Of a stretch of DNA of 64,000 bases, positions 6,822 to 16,558 are shown piece by piece. The notes under the pieces are model-generated. The model worked only from the letters and a program-made list of their open reading frames with translations, had not been told where the DNA came from and did not search any database. Numbering within the stretch: the stretch's first letter is position 1; each line of letters opens with the position of its first letter. Made by a program: the position numbers and the translations under genes. The DNA comes from an uncultured Acidobacteriaceae bacterium (GTDB lineage Bacteria > Acidobacteriota > Terriglobia > Bryobacterales > Bryobacteraceae): the NCBI GenBank assembly GCA_963787585.1, contig CAWBDR010000005.1:9092-73091 (forward strand). The letters are read 5' to 3'.

Positions 6822-9011
6822 TTAACTCGGACGGTACGGGAACGAGATCTCGAAACATGTTCCTGAAGTGCGGTCCGCGCGGACGACGCCATCGAGCTGC
6901 CTTGTCAAAACCTGTACGAGTTGGAGACCGAGCGAGTCTGCCTGTTCCCAATCAAGTCCTTCGGGCAGCCCAATTCCGTTATCTTGTACCACGAGAATAC
7001 ATGTTCCTTGAGAGCAGTCCAATGACACGGTTATCGTACCGTGTCGCCCCTCGGGAAAGGCGTGCTTCAAGCAGTTCGTGACGAGCTCATTCACAATTAA
7101 TCCGCACGGAATCGCTTGGCTAATATCAAGGCTGGCATTGTCCACCTGGATCGCAAGATGGAGGCCGTCCTCGCTCATTCCATAGAACGAGAAAAGATCT
7201 CGTGCCAAACGGTTCAGGTAGACACCGAAATCAATATGCGCCAAATCGGGTGACCGATAAAGCAACTCATGGATTCCGCCGATCGCTTGCACGCGGTTTC
7301 GGGCCTCCTCAAAGAGTCCGCGTGTTCGCTCGTCGGGAATGTGCTCCGACTGTAGTCGAAGAAGGCTACTAATCACCTGTAAATTGTTCTTGACGCGATG
7401 GTGAATTTCCTGGAGGAGAATTTCCTTCTCGTGAAGAGAGGCTCGCAACTGCTCCTCAGCGCGCCGGTGTTCCGTTTCATCGCGCATCACCTTCGCGAAC
7501 CCGTGCAGCCGGCCCTTTTCATCGCGCATCGGCGTGAGCACGCCGCTTGCCCAAAACCGTTTGCCATCCTTTCGGACGTGCCAGCGATCGTCCACTGAGC
7601 GGCCTGCGCCGATAGCTCGCCCCATCTCGTCCTGTGGCGCGCCGCTTGCGAGGTCTTCCGGCGTAAAGAGGACGGCTATGTTCTGGCCCAGAATCTCGGG
7701 CTCGGAGTAGCCCAACACGCGCTCCGCGCCGGTATTCCAACTCACCATTCTTCCCTCCGCATCCAGTTGCAACAGCGCATAATCGCGCACATTCGCTGCG
7801 AATTCCCGGAACCGCTGCTCGTATTCTCGCAGCGACTTCTCTGCCTCCTTCCGTTCCGTAATATCGACGCACGCGCCTGTCAGATAGGATGGGTTCCCTT
7901 CTCGATCCTGTCCGATCTCTCCCTGATCGATCAGCCAATGCTCGCTGCCGTCTGGCCAAACAACACGAAACTCCGTGTCCAAATGCACTGCCTCCCGCAG
8001 CGTGCGTTCAAAGCTTTGAACCACCTGCGCCCGATCATCTGGATGTACGATGGCGTAGAAGTCCTCAATGGTCTCGAATCTCTGGTCCGCATCCAGACCG
8101 AATAGTTTGCGCAAGCTGTCGTCTATCACGTCAATGTTGGTACGAAGATCCCAGCGCCAGGTGCCCGTGCGCGCAGCATGCAAGGCTACCCGCAAGCGCT
8201 CCTCGCGTTCCTTCAGGGCTTGTTCCATGCGCCAGCGCGCGGTCGTGTCACGGCTAAGCTTTGTGAAGCCGGTGATCGCTCCATTGTGATCCCGGATAGC
8301 GGTGAGCACTCCTTCCGCCCAATACTGCTCGCCGCTTTGACGGACGAGCCAGCGCGTATCGTCTGCCGAGCCCTGAGTGCGCGCTTGTTTAAGCTCCTCG
8401 GCCGGAACATTTCGCAGGCGATCATCGGGCGAGAAAAATATCTCATAATGCCGGCCTAGAACTTCATCCTGGCTGTATCCGAGAATCCTTTCGGCCCCCT
8501 TGTTCCAGGTGCTCACATGACCCGATGCGTCGAGTGTGAAGATGCAGTATTCGCTTACCTGTTCGACGACGCTCCGGAAACGCTCCTCGGATTCCCGGAG
8601 CGCCCGCGTTTGCTGTTGAGCCTGGCGCTCTCTCTCAGCCAGGCGACTGTGGTTGTATAGAGCCAGCTTGATTACACGGCTCAAATCATCGGCTCGTAGC
8701 GGTTTCGTGAGATAGGCGAGTGGTTCAGTCTGCCGGGCGCGATCAAAAAGGTGGCCGTCCGGATAGCCTGTGATGTAAACCACTGGAATACTCAAGTGCT
8801 GGAATCGCTCGGCCGTCGCTATGCCGTCAATTGCTCCCGGCAGCACGATATCCAGCAGTACGAGATTCGGCGCGCTGGTTGTTGCCTGCTCAATCGCTTT
8901 CTCGCCATTTCCGGCGAGGGAAACCTCATACCCTTGTGCTTCGAGCGTTCGTTGCAGCTCGTGTGCAAAGATTTGTTCGTCCTCTACGATCAGAATCCTG
9001 TTTTCTGGCAT
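6822..9011 (-). CDS. hybrid sensor kinase: receiver + three PAS-like modules + HisKA_2 (HWE-like) + HATPase
   Basis: The N-terminus is RILIVEDEQ..LVLLDIVLPG..TKP. PAS-type repeats follow (GHVSTWNKGAERILGYSQDEVLG; GRMVSWNTGAERVLGYSEPEILG). The H-box is EIHHRVKNNLQVISSLLRLQ. The C-terminus has VVQDNGIGLP. Confidence 0.9.
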   Translation of the reverse strand: MPENRILIVEDEQIFAHELQRTLEAQGYEVSLAGNGEKAIEQATTSAPNLVLLDIVLPGAIDGIATAERFQHLSIPVVYITGYPDGHLFDRARQTEPLAYLTKPLRADDLSRVIKLALYNHSRLAERERQAQQQTRALRESEERFRSVVEQVSEYCIFTLDASGHVSTWNKGAERILGYSQDEVLGRHYEIFFSPDDRLRNVPAEELKQARTQGSADDTRWLVRQSGEQYWAEGVLTAIRDHNGAITGFTKLSRDTTARWRMEQALKEREERLRVALHAARTGTWRWDLRTNIDVIDDSLRKLFGLDADQRFETIEDFYAIVHPDDRAQVVQSFERTLREAVHLDTEFRVVWPDGSEHWLIDQGEIGQDREGNPSYLTGACVDITERKEAEKSLREYEQRFREFAANVRDYALLQLDAEGRMVSWNTGAERVLGYSEPEILGQNIAVLFTPEDLASGAPQDEMGRAIGAGRSVDDRWHVRKDGKRFWASGVLTPMRDEKGRLHGFAKVMRDETEHRRAEEQLRASLHEKEILLQEIHHRVKNNLQVISSLLRLQSEHIPDERTRGLFEEARNRVQAIGGIHELLYRSPDLAHIDFGVYLNRLARDLFSFYGMSEDGLHLAIQVDNASLDISQAIPCGLIVNELVTNCLKHAFPEGRHGTITVSLDCSQGTCILVVQDNGIGLPEGLDWEQADSLGLQLVQVLTRQLDGVVRADRTSGTCFEISFPYRPS

Positions 9012-9191
9012 GTCGTCCCCTTACTGGCCTTTGCTGCAGCAAGCAAGGTGACCGGGGCGAGCCGGAGAAACGCCGGGTTCCGCGCCTAGAGTTGAGGCTG
9101 GACGGCCGTCGAGCTAAGCTAATACCAGCTTCTCATATGCGCGACAGTTCCGAATTTGGCGACAATTCCGTGCGGGAAATCACTGGTTCGG

Positions 9192-9614
9192 CTAATTTGC
9201 TCCAGACGGCTCACCCGTTGAGGAACAGGCGCTCTTTAAAGCTTCGACAAACCGTTGAAAGCTCGATGGCTTTGTAACGTAATCCCGCGCTCCGAGAGCC
9301 AGGGAAGCACTTCTGTCGCTTTCACTTTGGGATGTACTAAAGATTACGACAGGAATCGCGCGAAGAGATTCGCTTCGCTTCAGATCGGAAAGCACTTCGA
9401 ATCCGTTCTTGGCGGGTAAGTTTAAATCGAGAAGGACGAGATCGGGCTTTGGAACCTCCTGGTAGGGCGCGAGGTTCCGTAACATTGCTAGCGCCTGCTC
9501 GCCGTCGGACGCACGGAGCAGTTGGATTTCAGGTGCCATTTCCTGGAGTACCATCGCGGCGAGAAAAAAGGCACCGTCGTCATCTTCGACATAAAGAATC
9601 GTCCGGGTCTGCAC
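9192..9614 (-). CDS. single-domain response regulator
   Basis: MQTRTILYVEDDD...DLVLLDLNLPAKNG...VTKP. No output domain. Confidence 0.85.
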   Translation of the reverse strand: MQTRTILYVEDDDGAFFLAAMVLQEMAPEIQLLRASDGEQALAMLRNLAPYQEVPKPDLVLLDLNLPAKNGFEVLSDLKRSESLRAIPVVIFSTSQSESDRSASLALGARDYVTKPSSFQRFVEALKSACSSTGEPSGAN

Positions 9615-9687
9615 TCTAATAATCGACTCTGGGAAAGGGATGTGCTGGCCTTGGTATTAATCCCAGCTCGCGCCCATATGAGATGTT

Positions 9688-10101
9688 ATGGTTATATCGC
9701 GAATCTCGTTTTCACAGGTCTACGATGAAGGTATGGGGAACCGGAAGATCCTGATTGTTGAGGACGAGATGATCACCGCCCTGGATCTCCGCAACCAGCT
9801 CGGCCAAGCGGGTTATAGCGTGAGCGGCTTGGCCAACTCAGGTGAGGATGCCTTGCGGATGTCCGAGGAATTTAAGCCGGATTTGATTCTCATGGATGTG
9901 AGGCTGGCAGGCGCCATGAATGGCATCGAGACATCGCGGCGGATTCAGGAAACGACGAGCATCCCAGTGATCTATCTCACCGCATACCCGGACGTCTTCC
10001 TTAAGGCCCCGCACCAAATGCAGCCGCCCTATCTGTGCGTATCGAAGCCTTTTTCGTTTCCGGATTTGAAAACCGCTATCGATGTCGCGCTGCAGCAGTA
10101 G
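9688..10101 (+). CDS. response regulator receiver domain protein (ends at in-frame TAG directly before the kinase ORF)
   Basis: ORF track. A likely alternative start is ATG 9733 (MGNRKILIVEDEM..). DLILMDVRLAGAMNG...SKPF. See the finding on TAG 10099-10101. Confidence 0.85.
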   Translation: MVISRISFSQVYDEGMGNRKILIVEDEMITALDLRNQLGQAGYSVSGLANSGEDALRMSEEFKPDLILMDVRLAGAMNGIETSRRIQETTSIPVIYLTAYPDVFLKAPHQMQPPYLCVSKPFSFPDLKTAIDVALQQ

Positions 10102-10116
10102 CTTCCGAAGCGCTTC

Positions 10117-10839
10117 TTGCTGCTCTCCCACGAGGCAGCGCTGAGTACTGTGCCACGTGATCCTGCACAGCACTCATCCGAAGGTGATAGCGCAATCTCG
10201 CTTGCCGAACACAACTCGCGAATCAGGGAGATTCATCACCGCGTCAAAAACAATCTTCAGGTGATCCTCAGCTTATTCGGCTTGCAAGCGGACCGAACCA
10301 CAGACCCAGCAATCCGAGAAACGATCATAGAAATGCAGAACCGAGTGCGGGCCATTGCGTATCTTCATGAACCGCTCTATAGTACGCATAGCTTTTCGAC
10401 GATACATCTCGGGGAGTACCTGAAAATGTTCGTTCGCGAACTGCACGCGTCCTATGGTGACGTCGCGTCTCGGGTGCAATTAAAACTATCACTGGCCGAT
10501 TTAGCCCTGCCAACAGCGGATGCGCTGCCGCTTGGCCTGATCTGCAACGAACTGGTGTCGAACGCATTCAAGCATGCTTTCCCCGATAACCGTCGCGGGA
10601 ACATTTCGATTGCACTTCGGTATGCCGCTGAAAGGCACCCCGATCGATTACAATTCTGCGAACTGCAAGTGGTAGATGATGGTATGGGATTGCCCCCGGG
10701 AACCGATGTAACGGCAGCTGAATCGATGGGCTTTCACATAATCCAGATGATGACGCAGCAATTGGAGGGCACACTCGAGGTGCGCAGCAGGGGAGGGGGC
10801 ACGTCCTTTCTCGTGGCGTTTCCATTGGCAGAGCAGTAA
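10117..10839 (+). CDS. sensor-less HisKA_2/HATPase histidine kinase core
   Basis: TTG start with no ATG and no obvious SD. The H-box EIHHRVKNNLQVILSLFGLQ lies about 40 residues from the start. ..VVDDGMGLP.. is the ATPase. The ORF is in the same frame as the preceding receiver ORF. Confidence 0.75.
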   Translation: MLLSHEAALSTVPRDPAQHSSEGDSAISLAEHNSRIREIHHRVKNNLQVILSLFGLQADRTTDPAIRETIIEMQNRVRAIAYLHEPLYSTHSFSTIHLGEYLKMFVRELHASYGDVASRVQLKLSLADLALPTADALPLGLICNELVSNAFKHAFPDNRRGNISIALRYAAERHPDRLQFCELQVVDDGMGLPPGTDVTAAESMGFHIIQMMTQQLEGTLEVRSRGGGTSFLVAFPLAEQ

Positions 10840-10873
10840 GAGAGGAAGAAACCAATCGCTCCGCTCACCGCTC

Positions 10874-13258
10874 TCAAGGGACTGCGTGGATGTCCACGAA
10901 TTTGCCGCCGAGTTGCGAGTGCTGCGCATGAATGCGAATGCGTCCGGTACTCTTTGGCCGGGCTTTGATCCACATGGCACCTGCACCGCCGCTATCGCCC
11001 AGATCGAATGGGTTGTCGCCGACAATTACGCCAGGGCCTTCCATCGAGAACGTGACCAGTCCTCCGGCGAACAATCTTGGGGCGCCGAATTTATCGGCGA
11101 CTTTGAACACAAGCCGCGTCGCATCGGAGCCGTCGCCGAGGATGGCTGCATCGTCTGCTCGCAAAAGGAGTTGATCTGCGGCAGGATCGGCGGAGAATGA
11201 GCGTGAAAACGCAAGCTGATCGCCTACGTAACCGTCGATGCGAAGTTCTAGTTTGGGCGCACCGTCGATGGTCAAATCCGCAAAAAACGGCGGGTATTTC
11301 AGATGCGGAAAGTGCGTCCGGTCCGGGTAGAGAACAGCGTGGCGTTTGCCGTCTAGGAACAGCTCGAGTTTTTCGAGATTGGAGAAGATCGCAGCGTCCT
11401 TGCCTGGACCGGATGGCGTTGCCGGGCCAAAGTCCCAGTAGAAGTTTGGCTCAATTACCGGCCGCTCATTTGGATCGATCTGCGCGCGATAGAACGAGGC
11501 GCCGAGTTTTGGAATTCGGAAGACGTCCCCCACGCCAGGATACTTCACTCCCGCATAATCGTTCAGGAGACTGCCGTATTCGAAGGCGCACCAGGCGATG
11601 ACGCCCGCATAACGGTGATCAGCAGCCCCGCGATCGTGAGCCTGGGCGTGATATAGCGCCTGCTTTTGCTGCATTCCGAGATCACCTGCACGCCGGTATT
11701 TGTTATGGAAGCCGCGAGCGCCGTAGCTGAACTGCCCGACAGCTTCCGAGAAGAAGAAGGGAACGTCGGGTACTGGCGGAACAAGGCCCACGCTCCCATC
11801 CGATGCCGAATGGTATTCGTCGTACGCAAAAACGTCCTGCAACCAGTTATCCGTTGAGAGGTGGACCATGCTACCTGAAGTGGGCCGCGAATCATCCAGG
11901 GCCTTGGCGGCTTCCTTCGTCCGCCGATAGAGAGTAGGATTGTCCTTCGACTCATTGATCCTCACACCCCAAATGACGATGGACGGATGGTTTCGATCCC
12001 TCTGGACCATCTCGTTAACATCGCGCACGGCAAGTTCCTGCCAGGCGTCGTCACCGATATACTGCCAGCCCGGAATCTCCTCCCATACCAAAAGCCCGAG
12101 CTCATCGCAGGCATCAAGAAAAGCCTCTGATTGCGGGTAGTGGGAACACCGAACGGCGTTGCAGTTGAATTCGCGACGCAGAATTTCGGCATCTCTGCGC
12201 AGGACGCGACTGGGCATCGCCCGGCCTACGTACGGATATAGCTCATGGCGGTTCAATCCAAAAAGCTGCAATCGCCGGCCATTCAAAAAAAATCCTTCGA
12301 GTTCAAAGCGCGCTTCGCGAAATCCGACCCGCGTACGGTATTCATGCAACCGTTGGTTGTTCAGAAACAGGGTGAATATCAGGTCGTATAGACGCGGGGC
12401 TTCGATATCCCAGAGCGCGACGTGTTCCAGGCCGGTTAGCGTGAGGGTTAGTTGTGACTGGCCGATGTGCTCGAGTTCAACCTTTACAGTGGAGGCGCCA
12501 ATCACGCGTCCATGGTCTTCGAGCGCCGCTTCAACGTGCAAGGGAGTGTTGGGAAGACTGGCAGCATCTAGCGAGCAACTGATTTCCAGGCGCCGATTCG
12601 AACTTATAACATTGACTGGCTTGGCAAACACATCGGTGATGAAGATTGCTGGGACTGCTCGCAAGCGAACGGAACCCGTGATCCCGCCCGGTAGCAAATA
12701 GTCAATCGAACTTGGCCCCTTTGGAGAACCCTCCGGAGGGATGTTCAGCCAGCGGCTGTCGACAGCTATCGCAAGCACATTGTCGTCTTTCAGGAAGCGC
12801 GTGATCTCGTAACGGAAAGGCAGAAATCCGCCAAGATGCTGCGGCAGCTTGTGGCCATTGATAACGGGCGTCGCAGCAATCATGATGTGCTCGAAATCAA
12901 CGAAAACGCGATGGCCTGCGAATTCTCGCGGACGTGAGAAATGACGGCGGTACGTCCAGACCTTCTCCCAGCTCGGAGGATTCCAATTCCGCCACGAGAG
13001 CGGCGCGACACAGTGCGGCAGTGTGATTCGCGAGAAGGCACGATCATCGAATTCCGGTTTTAGGGCAAATGGGTCGGGTTCGTATGAGAATAGCCAGTCT
13101 TGGTTTAACAGCACAGTTCGGCCGGCAGCACGGCGGTTTTGATTGCTGGAGTTGGCGTCCGAATTTTTGCCGTAAAGAATGGGTGCAAACGAGAGTGCGG
13201 CAGTTCCTGCAAGGCAGTTTTTGATCAACGCTCTGCGGGATGTCTGATGCCTTGGCAT
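10874..13258 (-). CDS. Tat-exported glycoside hydrolase family 2 (beta-galactosidase/mannosidase-like)
   Basis: ORF track gives 10874..13279 with a TTG start. I prefer ATG 13258 (MPRHQTSRRALIKNCLAGTAALS, a Tat motif). ..FNCNAVRCSHYPQSEAFLDACDELGLLVWEEIPGWQ.. is typical of GH2. Confidence 0.85.
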   Translation of the reverse strand: MPRHQTSRRALIKNCLAGTAALSFAPILYGKNSDANSSNQNRRAAGRTVLLNQDWLFSYEPDPFALKPEFDDRAFSRITLPHCVAPLSWRNWNPPSWEKVWTYRRHFSRPREFAGHRVFVDFEHIMIAATPVINGHKLPQHLGGFLPFRYEITRFLKDDNVLAIAVDSRWLNIPPEGSPKGPSSIDYLLPGGITGSVRLRAVPAIFITDVFAKPVNVISSNRRLEISCSLDAASLPNTPLHVEAALEDHGRVIGASTVKVELEHIGQSQLTLTLTGLEHVALWDIEAPRLYDLIFTLFLNNQRLHEYRTRVGFREARFELEGFFLNGRRLQLFGLNRHELYPYVGRAMPSRVLRRDAEILRREFNCNAVRCSHYPQSEAFLDACDELGLLVWEEIPGWQYIGDDAWQELAVRDVNEMVQRDRNHPSIVIWGVRINESKDNPTLYRRTKEAAKALDDSRPTSGSMVHLSTDNWLQDVFAYDEYHSASDGSVGLVPPVPDVPFFFSEAVGQFSYGARGFHNKYRRAGDLGMQQKQALYHAQAHDRGAADHRYAGVIAWCAFEYGSLLNDYAGVKYPGVGDVFRIPKLGASFYRAQIDPNERPVIEPNFYWDFGPATPSGPGKDAAIFSNLEKLELFLDGKRHAVLYPDRTHFPHLKYPPFFADLTIDGAPKLELRIDGYVGDQLAFSRSFSADPAADQLLLRADDAAILGDGSDATRLVFKVADKFGAPRLFAGGLVTFSMEGPGVIVGDNPFDLGDSGGAGAMWIKARPKSTGRIRIHAQHSQLGGKFVDIHAVP

Positions 13259-13282
13259 GCGGTCGTGCCCGAAAGGCAATCA

Positions 13283-13954
13283 CTATTCCGAATGTTGCAT
13301 GTATCGAGACAGGAGATATTCCATCCAGTCGCTCATACCGTGTCCTGTTTTAGCTGAAACGGGGATGACCGCCATACCCGGGCGGAGAGCGTCTATGTTG
13401 GCCCGCGCGGCGCTCCAGTCGAATTCAACGGCTTCCGCCAAATCAGTCTTGGTGATCACGGCAACGTCTGCGCTGTTGAAGATGGTCGGATATTTCAGCG
13501 GTTTGTCTTCTCCTTCGGTGACAGACAGCAGAACGAGGCGGAGATTCTCGCCCAAATCATAAGAAGATGGGCAAACCAGATTTCCAACGTTTTCTATGAA
13601 CAGGAAATCAATCTCCGCGAGGGTCCAATCTTTGATCGCGTTTTCGATCATCGCGGCTTCCAAGTGACAAAGTGTTCCGGTAGTGATCTGCTTCACGGGA
13701 GCATGGCTGCGTGCCAGCCGTACGGCGTCATTTTGGGTGGCGAGATCGCCGACCAATGCGGCGGGACGGTACCGCTGCTTCAACATCGTGAGCGTTTTCT
13801 CGAGGAAGGCGGTCTTACCTGAACCCGGACTGGAAACCAAGCTCACCACGAATACACTCTGTTCCTGAAAGCACCGGCGCAGCGCGCGAGCGATCTCATC
13901 GTTGTGCTTCAGTACGTTCTGCCGGACTTCTATGATGCGTGGCGAAGAGATCAC
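13283..13954 (-). CDS. hypB: hydrogenase nickel-insertion GTPase HypB
   Basis: ..VSLVSSPGSGKTAFLEKTL.. (P-loop), FIENVGNLVCP, ITKTDL. The ORF-track start (14083) overlaps hypA. GTG 13954 overlaps the hypA stop (GTGA) and gives a normal-length protein. Confidence 0.9.
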   Translation of the reverse strand: MISSPRIIEVRQNVLKHNDEIARALRRCFQEQSVFVVSLVSSPGSGKTAFLEKTLTMLKQRYRPAALVGDLATQNDAVRLARSHAPVKQITTGTLCHLEAAMIENAIKDWTLAEIDFLFIENVGNLVCPSSYDLGENLRLVLLSVTEGEDKPLKYPTIFNSADVAVITKTDLAEAVEFDWSAARANIDALRPGMAVIPVSAKTGHGMSDWMEYLLSRYMQHSE

Positions 13955-14298
13955 TCGGCCAACTCCAAGGCGGAAACCTGCAGCTCGCGTCCGTGCACGA
14001 TTTCGGATGCCGGGGCGCCACAAACAACGCAACACAAAGATTGAATGGAGCGGACCGGGCGCTCCGTATTGCAATCCGGGCAATAGATCGAGATCGGCAT
14101 ATCTTCAACCACGAGCGAGCAGCGCGCAAAGTCGGTCTGCTCCGATGCGAGCTCGAACGCGGAAAGGAGCGCTTCCTTCACCACGCCTGCCAGCGGCCCG
14201 AGCTTCAGATGAATTGCTTCGACGCGCGCATCGCCGCGCCGTTCCAACTCTTCCTCGACTACCTGCAGAATGCTCAAGGCGATAGAGAGCTCATGCAT
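13951..14298 (-). CDS. hypA: hydrogenase nickel-insertion protein HypA
   Basis: MHELSIALSILQVVEEE... with CPDC...CVVCG zinc motifs. ATG 14298 overlaps the hypF stop by 8 nt. The ORF-track GTG at 14403 adds a non-homologous extension. Confidence 0.9.
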   Translation of the reverse strand: MHELSIALSILQVVEEELERRGDARVEAIHLKLGPLAGVVKEALLSAFELASEQTDFARCSLVVEDMPISIYCPDCNTERPVRSIQSLCCVVCGAPASEIVHGRELQVSALELAE

Positions 14299-16558
14299 GA
14301 AAAACCCCGGTTTCGTCCAGCGCCGCGATGGCCGCCTGGCCCAGACTGATGCCGCCGTCATTTGGCGGGACAGAAGAATTGGTCCAGATATGGACAGCTT
14401 CACGCTCGAGTAATGACTTCAGGCTTTGGAGCAGCAGCTCATTCTGGAAAACACCACCCGAGAGCACGACCGTGTCAATGGAATGAGATTCACATATCCT
14501 TCGCGCCGCATTGCATACTCCCGTCGCGATCCCCGAATGAAATGCCCGCGCAATTTCCGCCACTGGGCGGCTGCGCGAGCGATCACAAATGAGGCTCTCG
14601 AGCAAAGGCCTGAAATCCAGCTCATCATCATGTAGCGGGAACGCATATGGTTCGCAATCGACGGCGGAGCGTGCAATATGTTCCAGCCACATCGCGGCTT
14701 GCCCTTCGAAACTGATCTCGCGAGTGAAGCCCAGAAGAGCGGCGGCGGCATCGAAAAGGCGGCCGGCCGACGTGCTTTTGAATGTCCGAACGTTTTTTTC
14801 CAGCAGCTTAAAGCAATCGCGATAGCGGCTGGGAAAAGAAAAAGGGGGTGCCTCCAAATCAGGACAGCGCTCGAGCGGCGCCAAGAATCCAGCCGCGCAT
14901 TGGACTGGAAATCGCGCGGCCGCATCCCCGCCCGGAAGGTAGGCGGTTCTGAGATGCATGAGGCGAGTGAACCCGCCTGCGATACTGCCCACGAAAAACT
15001 CGCCGCCCCAGATGGTTTCATCATCGCCGAATCCGGTACCGTCGAAGCTGACGCCCACCACGCGGGTATCCCACGCCTGGCGTTCCGCTAAAACAGAAGC
15101 AATGTGAGCGCGGTGATGCTGAACGGATCGCTTGCGCGACGCAGAAAGTTCGAGCGCATGAAGGGTAGACGCGTATTGAGGATGCGCGTCATGCGCGACC
15201 AGAAGTTCATCCCAATCGACTTCATACATCGAAATCAAATCGCAAATAGTCTGCTGGAATGCCCGGAAGGACGGGTAATGATCCAGGTCACCGATGTGCT
15301 GGCTTACGAACGCCTGCCCCTCCACAACTAGCGTGATCGCGTTTTTCAGGTCCGCACCCACCGCGAGAATCGGCCGAGAACATGGGATGGCGGCAACGGC
15401 TGCTGGAGCGTAGCCGCGAGAGCGCCGCAGGATTGCCGGGCCGAAAACGCCCGCGCGAGCAACGGAGTCATCGATTCGGCGCGCAATGGGCCGTTCGCCG
15501 ATGAGAAATGCATCTGCAATATCAACCAGATTTTCGCGCGCATCGTCGTCCAGATACGCGATCGGCTCACTCGACCGGTTGGCGCTTGTCATCACGAGAA
15601 CGTCAGGCGTGCCTGCTGCAAAGAGAAGGTGATGCAAGGGCGCATACGGCAGCATGACACCCAGTTCGTCGTTTTCTGGCGCGATTCCAGGAAGCTGAAC
15701 TTTCGCGGGCGCCAAAACGATCGGACGCGCCGCAGACGTGAGTAGAGCTTCAGCATCGGTCGATAAGTGAACGACGGTGCGGGCGACGGCGAGTTCGCGT
15801 ACCATCAGCGCAAATGGCTTTTCCTTGCGAAATTTTCGTTCGCGCAGACATCGCACAGCAGCAGCATTTCGGGCGTCGCACGCGAGGTGATAACCTCCGA
15901 TGCCTTTGATCGCCACAATTCGCCCTGCGTTCAGCAACCGAACCACTTCTTCAATGCTCGCGAGATCTCCGCGAATCCTTTTGATTCTGGATTCCAGAGT
16001 GTAATGCGGTCCGCACAGTGGGCAGGCAATCGGCTGGGCATGAAACCGGCGGTCCTCGGGGTTGCTGTACTGCGCTGAGCACAGAGCATCAAGAGGCCAT
16101 CGCCTCATCGTCGTTCGCGAGCGATCATAGGGAAGACCTTCGATGACCGAGTAGCGCGGACCGCAATTTGTGCAGTTAATATATGGATATCGATAGCGGG
16201 GATCGGCAGAATCGAACACCTCCGCCAAGCACGACTCACAAACGGGTAAATCGGGTGAGATGCGGACCGTGGGGTTTCCTCGCCGGTGGCTTTCGCGAAT
16301 CGTGAACCCCGTCAGGCCGACCGCATCAGAGGAGTGGACGTCTACGGCCGTGACCTGAGCAGCGGCGGGTGGCCGCGCGGAGAGCTCGGAAACGAACTCT
16401 TGTATCGCCGGTTCGGAGCCTTCGACATGAATGTCCACCCCGTCGGCCGCATTAAGAACCCATCCGGCGAGCGAATTCGCGCGAGCCAACCGAAAAACGA
16501 ACGGCCGGAACCCGACGCCCTGCACGACGCCCCGAACCCGTATGGATCGCGCCGCCAT
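14291..16558 (-). CDS. hypF: carbamoyltransferase HypF
   Basis: The acylphosphatase domain is IRVRGVVQGVGFRPFVFRLA. Two CxxC..CxxC zinc-finger pairs are present (CESC.., CTNCGPRY, CPLCGPHY), followed by YrdC-like and Kae1-like parts. Confidence 0.95.
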   Translation of the reverse strand: MAARSIRVRGVVQGVGFRPFVFRLARANSLAGWVLNAADGVDIHVEGSEPAIQEFVSELSARPPAAAQVTAVDVHSSDAVGLTGFTIRESHRRGNPTVRISPDLPVCESCLAEVFDSADPRYRYPYINCTNCGPRYSVIEGLPYDRSRTTMRRWPLDALCSAQYSNPEDRRFHAQPIACPLCGPHYTLESRIKRIRGDLASIEEVVRLLNAGRIVAIKGIGGYHLACDARNAAAVRCLRERKFRKEKPFALMVRELAVARTVVHLSTDAEALLTSAARPIVLAPAKVQLPGIAPENDELGVMLPYAPLHHLLFAAGTPDVLVMTSANRSSEPIAYLDDDARENLVDIADAFLIGERPIARRIDDSVARAGVFGPAILRRSRGYAPAAVAAIPCSRPILAVGADLKNAITLVVEGQAFVSQHIGDLDHYPSFRAFQQTICDLISMYEVDWDELLVAHDAHPQYASTLHALELSASRKRSVQHHRAHIASVLAERQAWDTRVVGVSFDGTGFGDDETIWGGEFFVGSIAGGFTRLMHLRTAYLPGGDAAARFPVQCAAGFLAPLERCPDLEAPPFSFPSRYRDCFKLLEKNVRTFKSTSAGRLFDAAAALLGFTREISFEGQAAMWLEHIARSAVDCEPYAFPLHDDELDFRPLLESLICDRSRSRPVAEIARAFHSGIATGVCNAARRICESHSIDTVVLSGGVFQNELLLQSLKSLLEREAVHIWTNSSVPPNDGGISLGQAAIAALDETGVFHA

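Noticed and set aside
13955-14403. N-terminal extensions offered by the ORF track: hypB from 14083, hypA from 14403, hypE from 19061, glutaredoxin-like from 16941, 21317.. from 22360, hhyS from 22534, NifU-like from 25382, 26287, 26504, 27499, rpsA from 57681.
   Set aside because: The extensions overlap the preceding gene in another frame and are not homologous to the respective families. Internal starts give canonical N-termini and typical 1-14-nt coupling overlaps.
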